DNA from: Eledone cirrhosa
Taxonomy: Eukaryota
Length of the DNA stretch: 64,000 nt
Direction: 5' to 3'
NCBI GenBank assembly: GCA_964016885.1
Contig: OZ024743.1
Coordinates: 140,120,001-140,184,000 of the forward strand
Numbering within the stretch: position 1 is the stretch's first letter; each line of letters starts with the position of its first letter. Shown one piece after another: positions 49,001 to 60,649 of this stretch. Under the pieces are notes generated by a model. The model had not been told where the DNA came from. It saw nothing but the letters and a program-made list of their open reading frames with translations, and ran no database searches. The position numbers and the translations under genes are program-made.

Positions 49001-52000
49001 TCTGCTTTTTGGTGTTTGGTGTTTGCTGTATGGTGTTTGCTGTTTCGTGTTTGGTGTTTGCTGTTTGGTGTTTGGTGTTTGCTGTTTGGTGTTTGGTCTT
49101 TGGTGCTTGGTGTTTGGTGCTTGGTGCTTGGTGTTTGGTGTTTGGTGCTTGGTGTTTGGTGTTTGGTGCTTGGTGCTTGGTGCTTGGTGTTTGGTGCTTG
49201 GTGTCTGGTGCTTGGTGTCTGGTGCTTGGTGTTTGGTGTTTGGTGTTTGGTGCTTGGTGTTTGGTGTTTGGTGTTTGGTGTTTGGTGCTTGTTGCTTGGT
49301 GCTTGGTGCTTGGTGTTTGGTGCTTGGTGCTTGGTGTTTGGTGCTGGGTGCTTGGTGTTTGGTGCTTGGTGCTTGGTGTTTGGTGTTTGGTGCTTGGTGC
49401 TTGGTGTTTGGTGTTTGGTGTTATATGCTTGGTGTTTGGTGCTTGGTGCTTGGTGTTTGCTGTTTGGTTCTTGATGCTTGGTATCTGGTGCTTGGTGCTT
49501 GCTGCTTGGTGTTTGGTGCTTGGTGATTGATGCTTGGTGTTTGGTGCTTGGTGCTTGGTGTTTGGTTTTTGGTGCTTGGTGCTTGGTGTTTGGTGCTTGG
49601 TGCTTGGTGCTTGGTGGTTGGTATTTGGTGCTTGGTGCTTGGTGTTTGGTGCTTGGTGCCTGGTGCTTGGTGTTTGGTGCTTGGTGCTTGGTGCTTGGTC
49701 TTTGGTGCTTGGTGTTTGGTGTTTGGTGCTTGGTGCTTTGTGTTTGGTGCTTGGTGATTAGTGTTTGGTGCTTGGTACTTGGTGTTTGGTGCTTGGTGTT
49801 TGGTGTTTGCTGTTTGGTGTTTGGTGTTTGGTGTTTGCTGTTTGGTGTCTGCTTTTTGGTGTTTGGTGTTTGCTGTATGGTGTTTGCTGTTTCGTGTTTG
49901 GTGTTTGCTGTTTGGTGTTTGGTGTTTGCTGTTTGGTGTTTGGTCTTTGGTGCTTGGTGTTTGGTGCTTGGTGCTTGGTGTTTGGTGTTTGGTGCTTGGT
50001 GCTTGGTGCTTCGTGTTTGGTGTTTGGTGCTTGGTGTCTGGAGCTTGGTGTTTGGTGTTTGGTGCTTGGTGTTTGGTGTTTCGTGCTTGGTGCTTGGTGT
50101 TTGGTGCTTGGTGCTTGGTGTTTGGTGCTTGGTGTTTGGTGCTTGGTTCTTGGTGTTTGGTGCTTGGTGTTTGGAGCTTGGTGCTTGGTGTTTGGTGCTT
50201 GGTGCTTGGTGTTTGGTGTTTGGTGCTTGGTGCTTGGTGTTTGGTGTTTGGTGCTTGGTGTTTGGTGTTTGGTGCTTGGTGCTTGGTGTTTGTTGCTTGG
50301 TACTTGGTGCATGGTGTTTGGTGCTGGGTGTTTGGTGTTTTGTGCTTGGTTCTTGGTGTTTAGTGCTTGGTGCTTGGTGCATTGTGATTAGTGTTTGGTG
50401 CTTGGTGCTTGGGGATTGGTGTTTGGTGCTTGGCGCTTGGTGTTTGGTGCTTGGAACTTGGTGTTTGGTGCTTGGTGTTTGCTGTTTGGTGTCTGCTTTT
50501 TGGTGTTTGGTGTTTGCTCTATGGTGTTTGCTGTTTCATGTTTGGTGTTTGCTGTTTGGTGCTTGGTGTTTGGTGTTTGGTGTTTGGTGCTTGGTGTTTG
50601 GTGTTTGGTGCTTGGTGCTTGGTGTTTGGTGTTTGATGCTTGGTGCTTGGTGCTTAGTGTTTGGTGCTTGGTGCCTGGTGCTTGTTGTTTGGTGCTTGGT
50701 GTTTGGTGTTTGGTGTTTGGTGCTTGGAGCTTGGTGCTTGGTGCTTGGTGCTTGGTGTTTGGTGCTTGGTGATTGGTGCTTGGTGTTTGGTGCTGGGTGC
50801 TTGGTGTTTGGTGCTTGGTGCTTGGTGCTTGGTATTTGGTGTTTGGTGTTTGATGCTTGGTGTTTGATGCTTGCTGCTTCGTGCTTGGTGCTTGATGCTT
50901 GCTGTTTGTACTTGGTGCTTGGGTTTTTTGTGCTTGGTTCTTGGTGTTTGGTGCTTGGTGTTTGGTGCTTGGTGCTTGGTGTTTGGTGCTTGGTGTTTGG
51001 TGTTTGGTGCTTGGTGTTTGGTGCTTGGTGCTTGGTGCTTGGTGTTAGGTGTTTGGTGCTTCATGCTTGGTGCTTGGTGTTTGGTGCTTGGTGCTTGGTG
51101 TTTGGTGCTTGGTGCCTGGTGCAAGGTGTTTGTTGCTTGGTGCTTTGTGTTTGGTGTTTGGTGCTTGGTGTTTGGTGCTTGGTGCTTGGTGTTAGGTGTT
51201 AGGTGTTTGGTGCTTGGTGCTTGGTGTTTGGTGCTTGGTGCTTGGTGTTTGGTGTTTGGTGCTTGCTGCTTGCTGCTTGGTGTTTGGTGCTTGGTGATTG
51301 GTGCTTGGTGTTTGGTGCTTGGTGCTTGGTTTGGTGTTTGGTGCTAGGTGCTTGGTGCTTGGTGCTTGGTGTTTGGTGCTTGGTGTTTGGTGCTTGGTAC
51401 TTGGGGCTTGGTGTTTGGTGCTTGGTGCTTCGTGCTTGGTGTTTGCTGCTTGGTGCTTGGTGTTTGGTGTTTGGTGCTTGGTCTTTGGTGCTTGGTGTTT
51501 GGTGCTTGGTGCTTGGTGCTTGGTGTTAGGTGTTAGGTGTTTGGTGCTTGGTGCTTGGTGTTTGGTGCTTGGTGCTTGGTGTTTGGTGTTTGGTGCTTGC
51601 TGCTTGCTGCTTGGTGTTTGGTGCTTGGTGATTGGTGCTTGGTGTTTGGTGCTTGATGCTTGGTTTGGTGTTTGGTTCTAGGTGCTTGGTGCTTGGTGCT
51701 TGGTGCTGGGTGGTTGGCGTTCGGTGCTTGGTGCTTGGTGTTTGGTGCTTGGTGCTTGATGCTTGGTGCTTGGTGTTTGGTGTTTGGTGTTTGGTGCTTG
51801 GTGCTTGGTGTTTGGTGCTTGGTGCTGGGTGGTTGGTGTTTGGTGCTTGGTGCTTGGTGTTTTGTGCTAGGTGCATGGTGCCTGGTGTTTGGTGCTTGGT
51901 GCTTGGTGCTTGGTCTTTGGTGTTTGGTGTTTAGTGCTTGGTGCTTGGTGCTTGGTGCTTGGTGCTTGGTGCTTGGTCCTTGGTGTTTGGTGCTTGGTGC

Positions 52001-54480
52001 TTGGTGTTTGGTGTTTGGTGCTTGGTGCTTGGTGCTTCGTGTTTGGTGTTTGGTGCTTGGTGTCTGGAGATTGGTGTTTGGTGTTTGGTGCTTGGTGCTT
52101 GGTGTTTGGTGCTTGGTGCTTGGTGCTTGGTGTTTGGTGCTTGGTGCTTGGTGCTTGGTCTTTGGTGCTTGGTGTTTGGTGTTTGGTGCCTGGTGCTTTG
52201 TGTTTGGTGCTTGGTGATTAGTGTTTGGTGCTTGGTACTTGGTGTTTGGTGCTTGGTGTTTGGTGTTTGCTGTTTGGTGTTTGGTGTTTGCTGTTTGCTG
52301 TTTGGTGTCTGCTTTTTGGTGTTTGGTGTTTGCTGTATGGTGTTTGCTGTTTCGTGTTTGGTGTTTGCTGTTTGGTGTTTGGTGTTTGCTGTTTGGTGTT
52401 TGGTCTTTGGTGCTTGGTGTTTGGTGCTTGGTGCTTGGTGTTTGGTGTTTGGTGCTTGGTGCTTGGTGCTTGGTGTTTGGTGCTTGGTGTCTGGTGCTTG
52501 GTGTCTGGTGCTTGGTGTTTGGTGTTTGGTGTTTGGTGCTTGGTGTTTGGTGTTTGGTGTTTGGTGTTTGGTGCTTGTTGCTTGGTGCTTGGTGCTTGGT
52601 GTTTGGTGTTTGGTGCTTGGTGTTTTATGCTTGGTGTTTGATGTTTGGTGCTTGGTGCTTGGTGTTTGGTGCTTGGTGCTTGGTGTTTCTACTTGGTGCT
52701 TGGTGCTTGGTGTTTGGTTCTAGGTTCTTGGTGTTTGGTACTTGGTGCTTGGTGCTTGGTGTTTGGTGCTTGGTGCTTGGAGTTTGGTGTTTGGTGCTTG
52801 GTGCTTGGTGTTTTGTGTTTGGTGTTTGGTTTTTGGTGCTTGGTGCTTGGTGCTTGGTGCTTGGTCCTTGGTGTTTGGTGCTCGGTGCTTGGTGTTTGTA
52901 CTTGGTGCTTGGTGCTTGGTGTTTGGTTCTTGGTTCTTGGTGTTTGGTACTTGGTGCTTGGTGCTTGGTGTTTGGTGCTTGGTGCTTGGTGTTTGGTGTT
53001 TGGTGTTTGGTGCTTGGTGCTTGGTGTTTGGTGCTTGGTGCTTGGTGCTGGGTGGTTGGTATTTGGTGCTTGGTGCTTGGTGTTTGGGGCTTGGTGCTTG
53101 GTGCTTGGTGTTTGGTGCCTGGTGCTTGGTGCTTGGTCTTTGGTGCTTGGTGTTTGGTGTTTGGTGCTTGGTGCTTTGTGTTTGGTGCTTGGTGATTAGT
53201 GTTTGGTGCTTGGTACTTGGTGTTTGGTGCTTGGTGTTTGGTGTTTGCTGTTTGGTGTTTGGTGTTTGGTGTTTGCTGTTTGGTGTCTGCTTTTTGGTGT
53301 TTGGTGTTTGCTGTATGGTGTTTGCTGTTTCGTGTTTGGTGTTTGCTGTTTGGTGTTTGGTGTTTGCTGTTTGGTGTTTGGTCTTTGGTGCTTGGTGTTT
53401 GGTGCTTGGTGCTTGGTGTTTGGTGTTTGGTGCTTGGTGTTTGGTGTTTGGTGCTTGGTGCTTGGTGCTTGGTGTTTGGTGCTTGGTGTCTGGTGCTTGG
53501 TGTCTGGTGCTTGGTGTTTGGTGTTTGGTGTTTGGTGCTTGGTGTTTGGTGTTTGGTGTTTGGTGTTTGGTGCTTGTTGCTTGGTGCTTGGTGCTTGGTG
53601 TTTGGTGCTTGGTGCTTGGTGTTTGGTGCTGGGTGCTTGGTGTTTGGTGCTTGGTGCTTGGTGTTTGGTGTTTGGTGCTTGGTGCTTGGTGTTTGGTGTT
53701 TGGTGTTATATGCTTGGTGTTTGGTGCTTGGTGCTTGGTGTTTGCTGTTTGGTTCTTGATGCTTGGTATCTGGTGCTTGGTGCTTGCTGCTTGGTGTTTG
53801 GTGCTTGGTGATTGATGCTTGGTGTTTGGTGCTTGGTGATTGGTGTTTGGTTTTTGGTGCTTGGTGCTTGGTGTTTGGTGCTTGGTGCTTGGTGCTTGGT
53901 GGTTGGTATTTGGTGCTTGGTGCTTGGTGTTTGGTGCTTGGTGCCTGGTGCTTGGTGTTTGGTGCTTGGTGCTTGGTGCTTGGTCTTTGGTGCTTGGTGT
54001 TTGGTGTTTGGTGCTTGGTGCTTTGTGTTTGGTGCTTGGTGATTAGTGTTTGGTGCTTGGTACTTGGTGTGTGGTGCTTGGTGTTTGGTGTTTGCTGTTT
54101 GGTGTTTGGTGTTTGGTGTTTGCTGTTTGGTGTCTGCTTTTTGGTGTTTGGTGTTTGCTGTATGGTGTTTGCTGTTTCGTGTTTGGTGTTTGCTGTTTGG
54201 TGTTTGGTGTTTGCTGTTTGGTGTTTGGTCTTTGGTGCTTGGTGTTTGGTGCTTGGTGCTTGGTGTTTGGTGTTTGGTGCTTGGTGCTTGGTGCTTCGTG
54301 TTTGGTGTTTGGTGCTTGGTGTCTGGAGCTTGGTGTTTGGTGTTTGGTGCTTGGTGTTTGGTGTTTCGTGCTTGGTGCTTGGTGTTTGGTGCTTGGTGCT
54401 TGGTGTTTGGTGCTTGGTGTTTGGTGCTTGGTTCTTGGTGTTTGGTGCTTGGTGTTTGGAGCTTGGTGCTTGGTGTTTGG
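46095..54480. repeat. Array 2 tandem duplication, ~4.26-4.29-kb unit
   Basis: ORF pairs 46128/50391, 46940/51203, 47263/51526 and 47608/51871 differ by 4,263. Pair 48381/52645 differs by 4,264 and pair 49478/53763 by 4,285. Confidence 0.9.
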
Positions 54481-57400
54481 TGCTTGGTGCTTGGTGTTTG
54501 TACTTGGTGCTTGGTGCTTGGTGTTTGGTGCTTGGTTCTTGGTGTTTGGTGCTTGGTGTTTGGAGCTTGGTGCTTGGTGTTTGGTGCTTGGTGCTTGGTG
54601 TTTGGTGTTTGGTGCTTGGTGCTTGGTGTTTGGTGTTTGGTGCTTGGTGTTTGGTGTTTGGTGCTTGGTGCTTGGTGTTTGTTGCTTGGTACTTGGTGCA
54701 TGGTGTTTGGTGCTGGGTGTTTGGTGTTTTGTGCTTGGTTCTTGGTGTTTGGTGTTTGGTGCTTGGTACTTGGTGTCTGGAGCTTGGTGTTTGGTGTTTG
54801 GTGCTTGGTGTTTGGTGCTTGGTGCTTGGTGTTTGGTGTTTGGTGTTTGATGCTTGGTGTTTTATGCTTGGTGCTTGGTGTTTGGTGCTTGGTGTTTGTA
54901 TTTGGTGCTTGGTGCTTGGTGTTTTGTGCTTGGGTCTTGGTGTTTGGTGTTTGGTGCTTGGTACTTGGTGCTTGGTGTTAGGTGTTTGGTCCTTGGTGCT
55001 TGGTGCTTGGTGTTTAGTGCTTGGTGCTTGGTGTTTGTTGTTTGGTGCTTTCTGATTGCTGCTTGGTGTTTGCTGCTTGGTGCTTGGTGCTTGGTGTTTG
55101 GTGTTTGGTGCTAGGTGCTTGGTGTTTGGTGTTTGGTGTTTGATGCTTGGTGTTTGGTCTTTGGTGCTTGGTGTTTGGTGCTTGGTGCTTGGTGTTTGGT
55201 GTTTGGTGCTTGGTGCTTGGTGCTTGGTGTTTGGTGCTTGGTGTCTGGTGCTTGGTGTCTGGTGCTTGGTGTTTGGTGTTTGGTGTTTGGTGCTTGGTGT
55301 TTGGTGTTTGGTGTTTGGTGTTTGGTGCTTGTTGCTTGGTGCTTGGTGCTTGGTGTTTGGTGCTTGGTGCTTGGTGTTTGGTGCTGGGTGCTTGGTGTTT
55401 GGTGCTTGGTGCTTGGTGCTTGGTGTTTGGTGTTTGGTGCTTGGTGCTTGGTGTTTGGTGTTTGGTGTTATATGCTTGGTGTTTGATGCTTGGTGCTTGG
55501 TGCTTGGTGTTTGGTGTTTGGTGCTTGGTGTTTTATGCTTGGTGTTTGATGTTTGGTGCTTGGTGCTTGGTGTTTGTTGCTTGGTGCTTGGTGTTTCTAC
55601 TTGGTGCTTGGTGCTTGGTGTTTGGTTCTTGGTTCTTGGTGTTTGGTACTTGGTGCTTGGTGCTTGGTGTTTGGTGCTTGGTGCTTGGAGTTTGGTGTTT
55701 GGTGCTTGGTGCTTGGTGTTTTGTGTTTGGTGTTTGGTTTTTGGTGCTTGGTGCTTGGTGCTTGGTGCTTGGTCCTTGGTGTTTGGTGCTCGGTGCTTGG
55801 TGTTTGTACTTGGTGCTTGGTGCTTGGTGTTTGGTTCTTGGTTCTTGGTGTTTGGTACTTGCTGCTTGGTGCTTGGTGTTTGGTGCTTGGTGCTTGGTGT
55901 TTGGTGTTTGGTGTTTCGTGCTTGGTGCTTGGTGTTTGGTGCTTGGTGCTTGGTGCTGGGTGGTTGGTATTTGGTGCTTGGTGCTTGGTGTTTGGTGCTT
56001 GGTGCTTGGTGCTTGGTGTTTGGTGCTTGGTGCTTGGTGCTTGTTCTTTGGTGCTTGGTGTTTGGTGTTTGGTGCTTGGTGCTTTGTGTTTGGTGCTTGG
56101 TGATTAGTGTTTGGTGCCTGGTGTTTGGTGTTTGCTGTTTGGTGTTTGGTGTTTGGTGTTTGCTGTTTGGTGTCTGCTTTTTGGTGTTTGGTGTTTGCTG
56201 TATGGTGTTTGCTGTTTCGTGTTTGGTGTTTGCTGTTTGGTGTTTGGTGTTTGCTGTTTGGTGTTTGGTCTTTGGTGCTTGGTGTTTGGTGCTTGGTGCT
56301 TGGTGTTTGGTGTTTGGTGCTTGGTGTTTGGTGTTTGGTGCTTGGTGCTTGGTGCTTGGTGTTTGGTGCTTGGTGTCTGGTGCTTGGTGTCTGGTGCTTG
56401 GTGTTTGGTGTTTGGTGTTTGGTGCTTGGTGCTTGGTGTTTGGTGTTTGGTGTTTGGTGTTTGGTGCTTGTTGCTTGGTGCTTGGTGCTTGGTGTTTGGT
56501 GCTTGGTGCTTGGTGTTTGGTGCTGGGTGCTTGGTGTTTGGTGCTTGGTGCTTGGTGTTTGGTGTTTGGTGCTTGGTGCTTGGTGTTTGGTGTTTGGTGT
56601 TATATGCTTGGTGTTTGGTGCTTGGTGCTTGGTGTTTGCTGTTTGGTTCTTGATGCTTGGTATCTGGTGCTTGGTGCTTGCTGCTTGGTGTTTGGTGCTT
56701 GGTGATTGATGCTTGGTGTTTGGTGCTTGGTGCTTGGTGTTTGGTTTTTGGTGCTTGGTGCTTGGTGTTTGGTGCTTGGTGCTTGGTGCTTGGTGGTTGG
56801 TATTTGGTGCTTGGTGCTTGGTGTTTGGTGCTTGGTGCCTGGTGCTTGGTGTTTGGTGCTTGGTGCTTGGTGCTTGGTCTTTGGTGCTTGGTGTTTGGTG
56901 TTTGGTGCTTGGTGCTTTGTGTTTGGTGCTTGGTGATTAGTGTTTGGTGCTTGGTACTTGGTGTGTGGTGCTTGGTGTTTGGTGTTTGCTGTTTGGTGTT
57001 TGGTGTTTGGTGTTTGCTGTTTGGTGTCTGCTTTTTGGTGTTTGGTGTTTGCTGTATGGTGTTTGCTGTTTCGTGTTTGGTGTTTGCTGTTTGGTGTTTG
57101 GTGTTTGCTGTTTGGTGTTTGGTCTTTGGTGCTTGGTGTTTGGTGCTTGGTGCTTGGTGTTTGGTGTTTGGTGCTTGTTGCTTGGTGCTTCGTGTTTGGT
57201 GTTTGGTGCTTGGTGTCTGGAGCTTGGTGTTTGGTGTTTGGTGCTTGGTGTTTGGTGTTTCGTGCTTGGTGCTTGGTGTTTGGTGCTTGGTGCTTGGTGT
57301 TTGGTGCTTGGTGTTTGGTGCTTGGTTCTTGGTGTTTGGTGCTTGGTGTTTGGAGCTTGGTGCTTGGTGTTTGGTGCTTGGTGCTTGGTGTTTGTACTTG

Positions 57401-59300
57401 GTGCTTGGTGCTTGGTGTTTGGTGCTTGGTTCTTGGTGTTTGGTGCTTGGTGTTTGGAGCTTGGTGCTTGGTGTTTGGTGCTTGGTGCTTGGTGTTTGGT
57501 GTTTGGTGCTTGGTGCTTGGTGTTTGGTGTTTGGTGCTTGGTGTTTGGTGTTTGGTGCTTGGTGCTTGGTGTTTGTTGCTTGGTACTTGGTGCATGGTGT
57601 TTGGTGCTGGGTGTTTGGTGTTTTGTGCTTGGTTCTTGGTGTTTGGTGTTTGGTGCTTGGTACTTGGTGTCTGGAGCTTGGTGTTTGGTGTTTGGTGCTT
57701 GGTGTTTGGTGCTTGGTGCTTGGTGTTTGGTGTTTGGTGTTTGATGCTTGGTGTTTTATGCTTGGTGCTTGGTGTTTGGTGCTTGGTGTTTGTATTTGGT
57801 GCTTGGTGCTTGGTGTTTTGTGCTTGGGTCTTGGTGTTTGGTGTTTGGTGCTTGGTACTTGGTGCTTGGTGTTAGGTGTTTGGTCCTTGGTGCTTGGTGC
57901 TTGGTGTTTAGTGCTTGGTGCTTGGTGTTTGTTGTTTGGTGCTTTCTGTTTGCTGCTTGGTGTTTGCTGCTTGGTGCTTGGTGCTTGGTGTTTGGTGTTT
58001 GGTGCTAGGTGCTTGGTGTTTGGTGTTTGGTGTTTGATGCTTGGTGTTTGGTCTTTGGTGCTTGGTGTTTGGTGCTTGGTGCTTGGTGTTTGGTGTTTGG
58101 TGCTTGGTGCTTGGTGCTTGGTGTTTGGTGCTTGGTGTCTGGTGCTTGGTGTCTGGTGCTTGGTGTTTGGTGTTTGGTGTTTGGTGCTTGGTGTTTGGTG
58201 TTTGGTGTTTGGTGTTTGGTGCTTGTTGCTTGGTGCTTGGTGCTTGGTGTTTGGTGCTTGGTGCTTGGTGTTTGGTGCTGGGTGCTTGGTGTTTGGTGCT
58301 TGGTGCTTGGTGCTTGGTGTTTGGTGTTTGGTGCTTGGTGCTTGGTGTTTGGTGTTTGGTGTTATATGCTTGGTGTTTGATGCTTGGTGCTTGGTGCTTG
58401 GTGTTTGGTGTTTGGTGCTTGGTGTTTTATGCTTGGTGTTTGATGTTTGGTGCTTGGTGCTTGGTGTTTGTTGCTTGGTGCTTGGTGTTTCTACTTGGTG
58501 CTTGGTGCTTGGTGTTTGGTTCTTGGTTCTTGGTGTTTGGTACTTGGTGCTTGGTGCTTGGTGTTTGGTGCTTGGTGCTTGGAGTTTGGTGTTTGGTGCT
58601 TGGTGCTTGGTGTTTTGTGTTTGGTGTTTGGTTTTTGGTGCTTGGTGCTTGGTGCTTGGTGCTTGGTCCTTGGTGTTTGGTGCTCGGTGCTTGGTGTTTG
58701 TACTTGGTGCTTGGTGCTTGGTGTTTGGTTCTTGGTTCTTGGTGTTTGGTACTTGCTGCTTGGTGCTTGGTGTTTGGTGCTTGGTGCTTGGTGTTTGGTG
58801 TTTGGTGTTTGGTGCTTGGTGCTTGGTGTTTGGTGCTTGGTGCTTGGTGCTGGGTGGTTGGTATTTGGTGCTTGGTGCTTGGTGTTTGGTGCTTGGTGCT
58901 TGGTGCTTGGTGTTTGGTGCTTGGTGCTTGGTGCTTGTTCTTTGGTGCTTGGTGTTTGGTGTTTGGTGCTTGGTGCTTTGTGTTTGGTGCTTGGTGATTA
59001 GTGTTTGGTGCTTGGTGTTTGGTGTTTGCTGTTTGGTGTTTGGTGTTTGGTGTTTGCTGTTTGGTGTCTGCTTTTTGGTGTTTGGTGTTTGCTGTATGGT
59101 GTTTGCTGTTTCGTGTTTGGTGTTTGCTGTTTGGTGTTTGGTGTTTGCTGTTTGGTGTTTGGTCTTTGGTGCTTGGTGTTTGGTGCTTGGTGCTTGGTGT
59201 TTGGTGTTTGGTGCTTGGTGTTTGGTGTTTGGTGCTTGGTGCTTGGTGCTTGGTGTTTGGTGCTTGGTGTCTGGTGCTTGGTGTCTGGTGCTTGGTGTTT
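53230..59300. repeat. Array 2 tandem duplication, 2,894-bp unit
   Basis: ORF pairs 53706/56600, 54046/56940, 55115/58009, 55553/58447 and 56107/59001 all differ by 2,894. Confidence 0.92.
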
Positions 59301-60649
59301 GGTGTTTGGTGTTTGGTGCTTGGTGTTTGGTGTTTGGTGTTTGGTGTTTGGTGCTTGTTGCTTGGTGCTTGGTGCTTGGTGTTTGGTGCTTGGTGCTTGG
59401 TGTTTGGTGCTGGGTGCTTGGTGTTTGGTGCTTGGTGCTTGGTGTTTGGTGTTTGGTGCTTGGTGCTTGGTGTTTGGTGTTTGGTGTTATATGCTTGGTG
59501 TTTGGTGCTTGGTGCTTGGTGTTTGCTGTTTGGTTCTTGATGCTTGGTATCTGGTGCTTGGTGCTTGCTGCTTGGTGTTTGGTGCTTGGTGATTGATGCT
59601 TGGTGTTTGGTGCTTGGTGCTTGGTGTTTGGTTTTTGGTGCTTGGTGCTTGGTGTTTGGTGTTTGGTGCTTGGTGCTGGGTGGTTGGTATTTGGTGCTTG
59701 GTGCTTGGTGTTTGGTGCTTGGTGCTTGGTGCTTGGTGTTTGGTGCTTGGTGCTTGGTGCTTGGTCTTTGGTGCTTGGTGTTTGGTGTTTGGTGCTTGGT
59801 GCTTTGTGTTTGGTGCTTGGTGATTAGTGTTTGGTGCTTGGTACTTGGTGTTTGGTGCTTGGTGTTTGGTGTTTGCTGTTTGGTGTTTGGTGTTTGGTGT
59901 TTGCTGTTTGGTGTCTGCTTTTTGGTGTTTGGTGTTTGCTGTATGGTGTTTGCTGTTTCGTGTTTGGTGTTTGCTGTTTGGTGTTTGGTGTTTGCTGTTT
60001 GGTGTTAGGTCTTTGGTGCTTGGTGTTTGGTGCTTGGTGCTTGGTGTTTGGTGTTTGCTGCTTGGTGTTTGGTGTTTGGTGCTTAGTGCTTGGTGCTTGG
60101 TGTTTGGTGCTTGGTGTCTGGTGCTTGGTGTCTGGTGCTTGGTGTTTGGTGTTTGGTGTTTGGTGCTTGGTGTTTGGTGTTTGGTGTTTGGTGTTTGGTG
60201 CTTGTTGCTTGGTGCTGGGTGGTTGGTATTTGGTGCTTGGTGCTTGGTGTTTGGTGCTTGGTGCTTGGTGCTTGGTGTTTGGTGCTTGGTGCTTGGTGCT
60301 TGGTCTTTGGTGCTTGGTGTTTGGTGTTTGGTGCTTGGTGCTTTGTGTTTGGTGCTTGGTGATTAGTGTTTGGTGCTTGGTACTTGGTGTTTGGTGCTTG
60401 GTGTTTGGTGTTTGGTGTTTGGTGTTTGGTGTTTGGTGTTTGCTGTTTGGTGTCTGCTTTTTGGTGTTTGGTGTTTGCTGTATGGTGTGTGCTGTTTCGT
60501 GTTTGGTGTTTGCTGTTTGGTGTTTGGTGTTTGCTGTTTGGTGTTTGGTCTTTGGTGCTTGGTGTTTGGTGCTTGGTGCTTGGTGTTTGGTGTTTGGTGC
60601 TTGGTGCTTGGTGCTTGGTGTTTGGTGCTTGGTGCTTGGTGTTTGGTGT

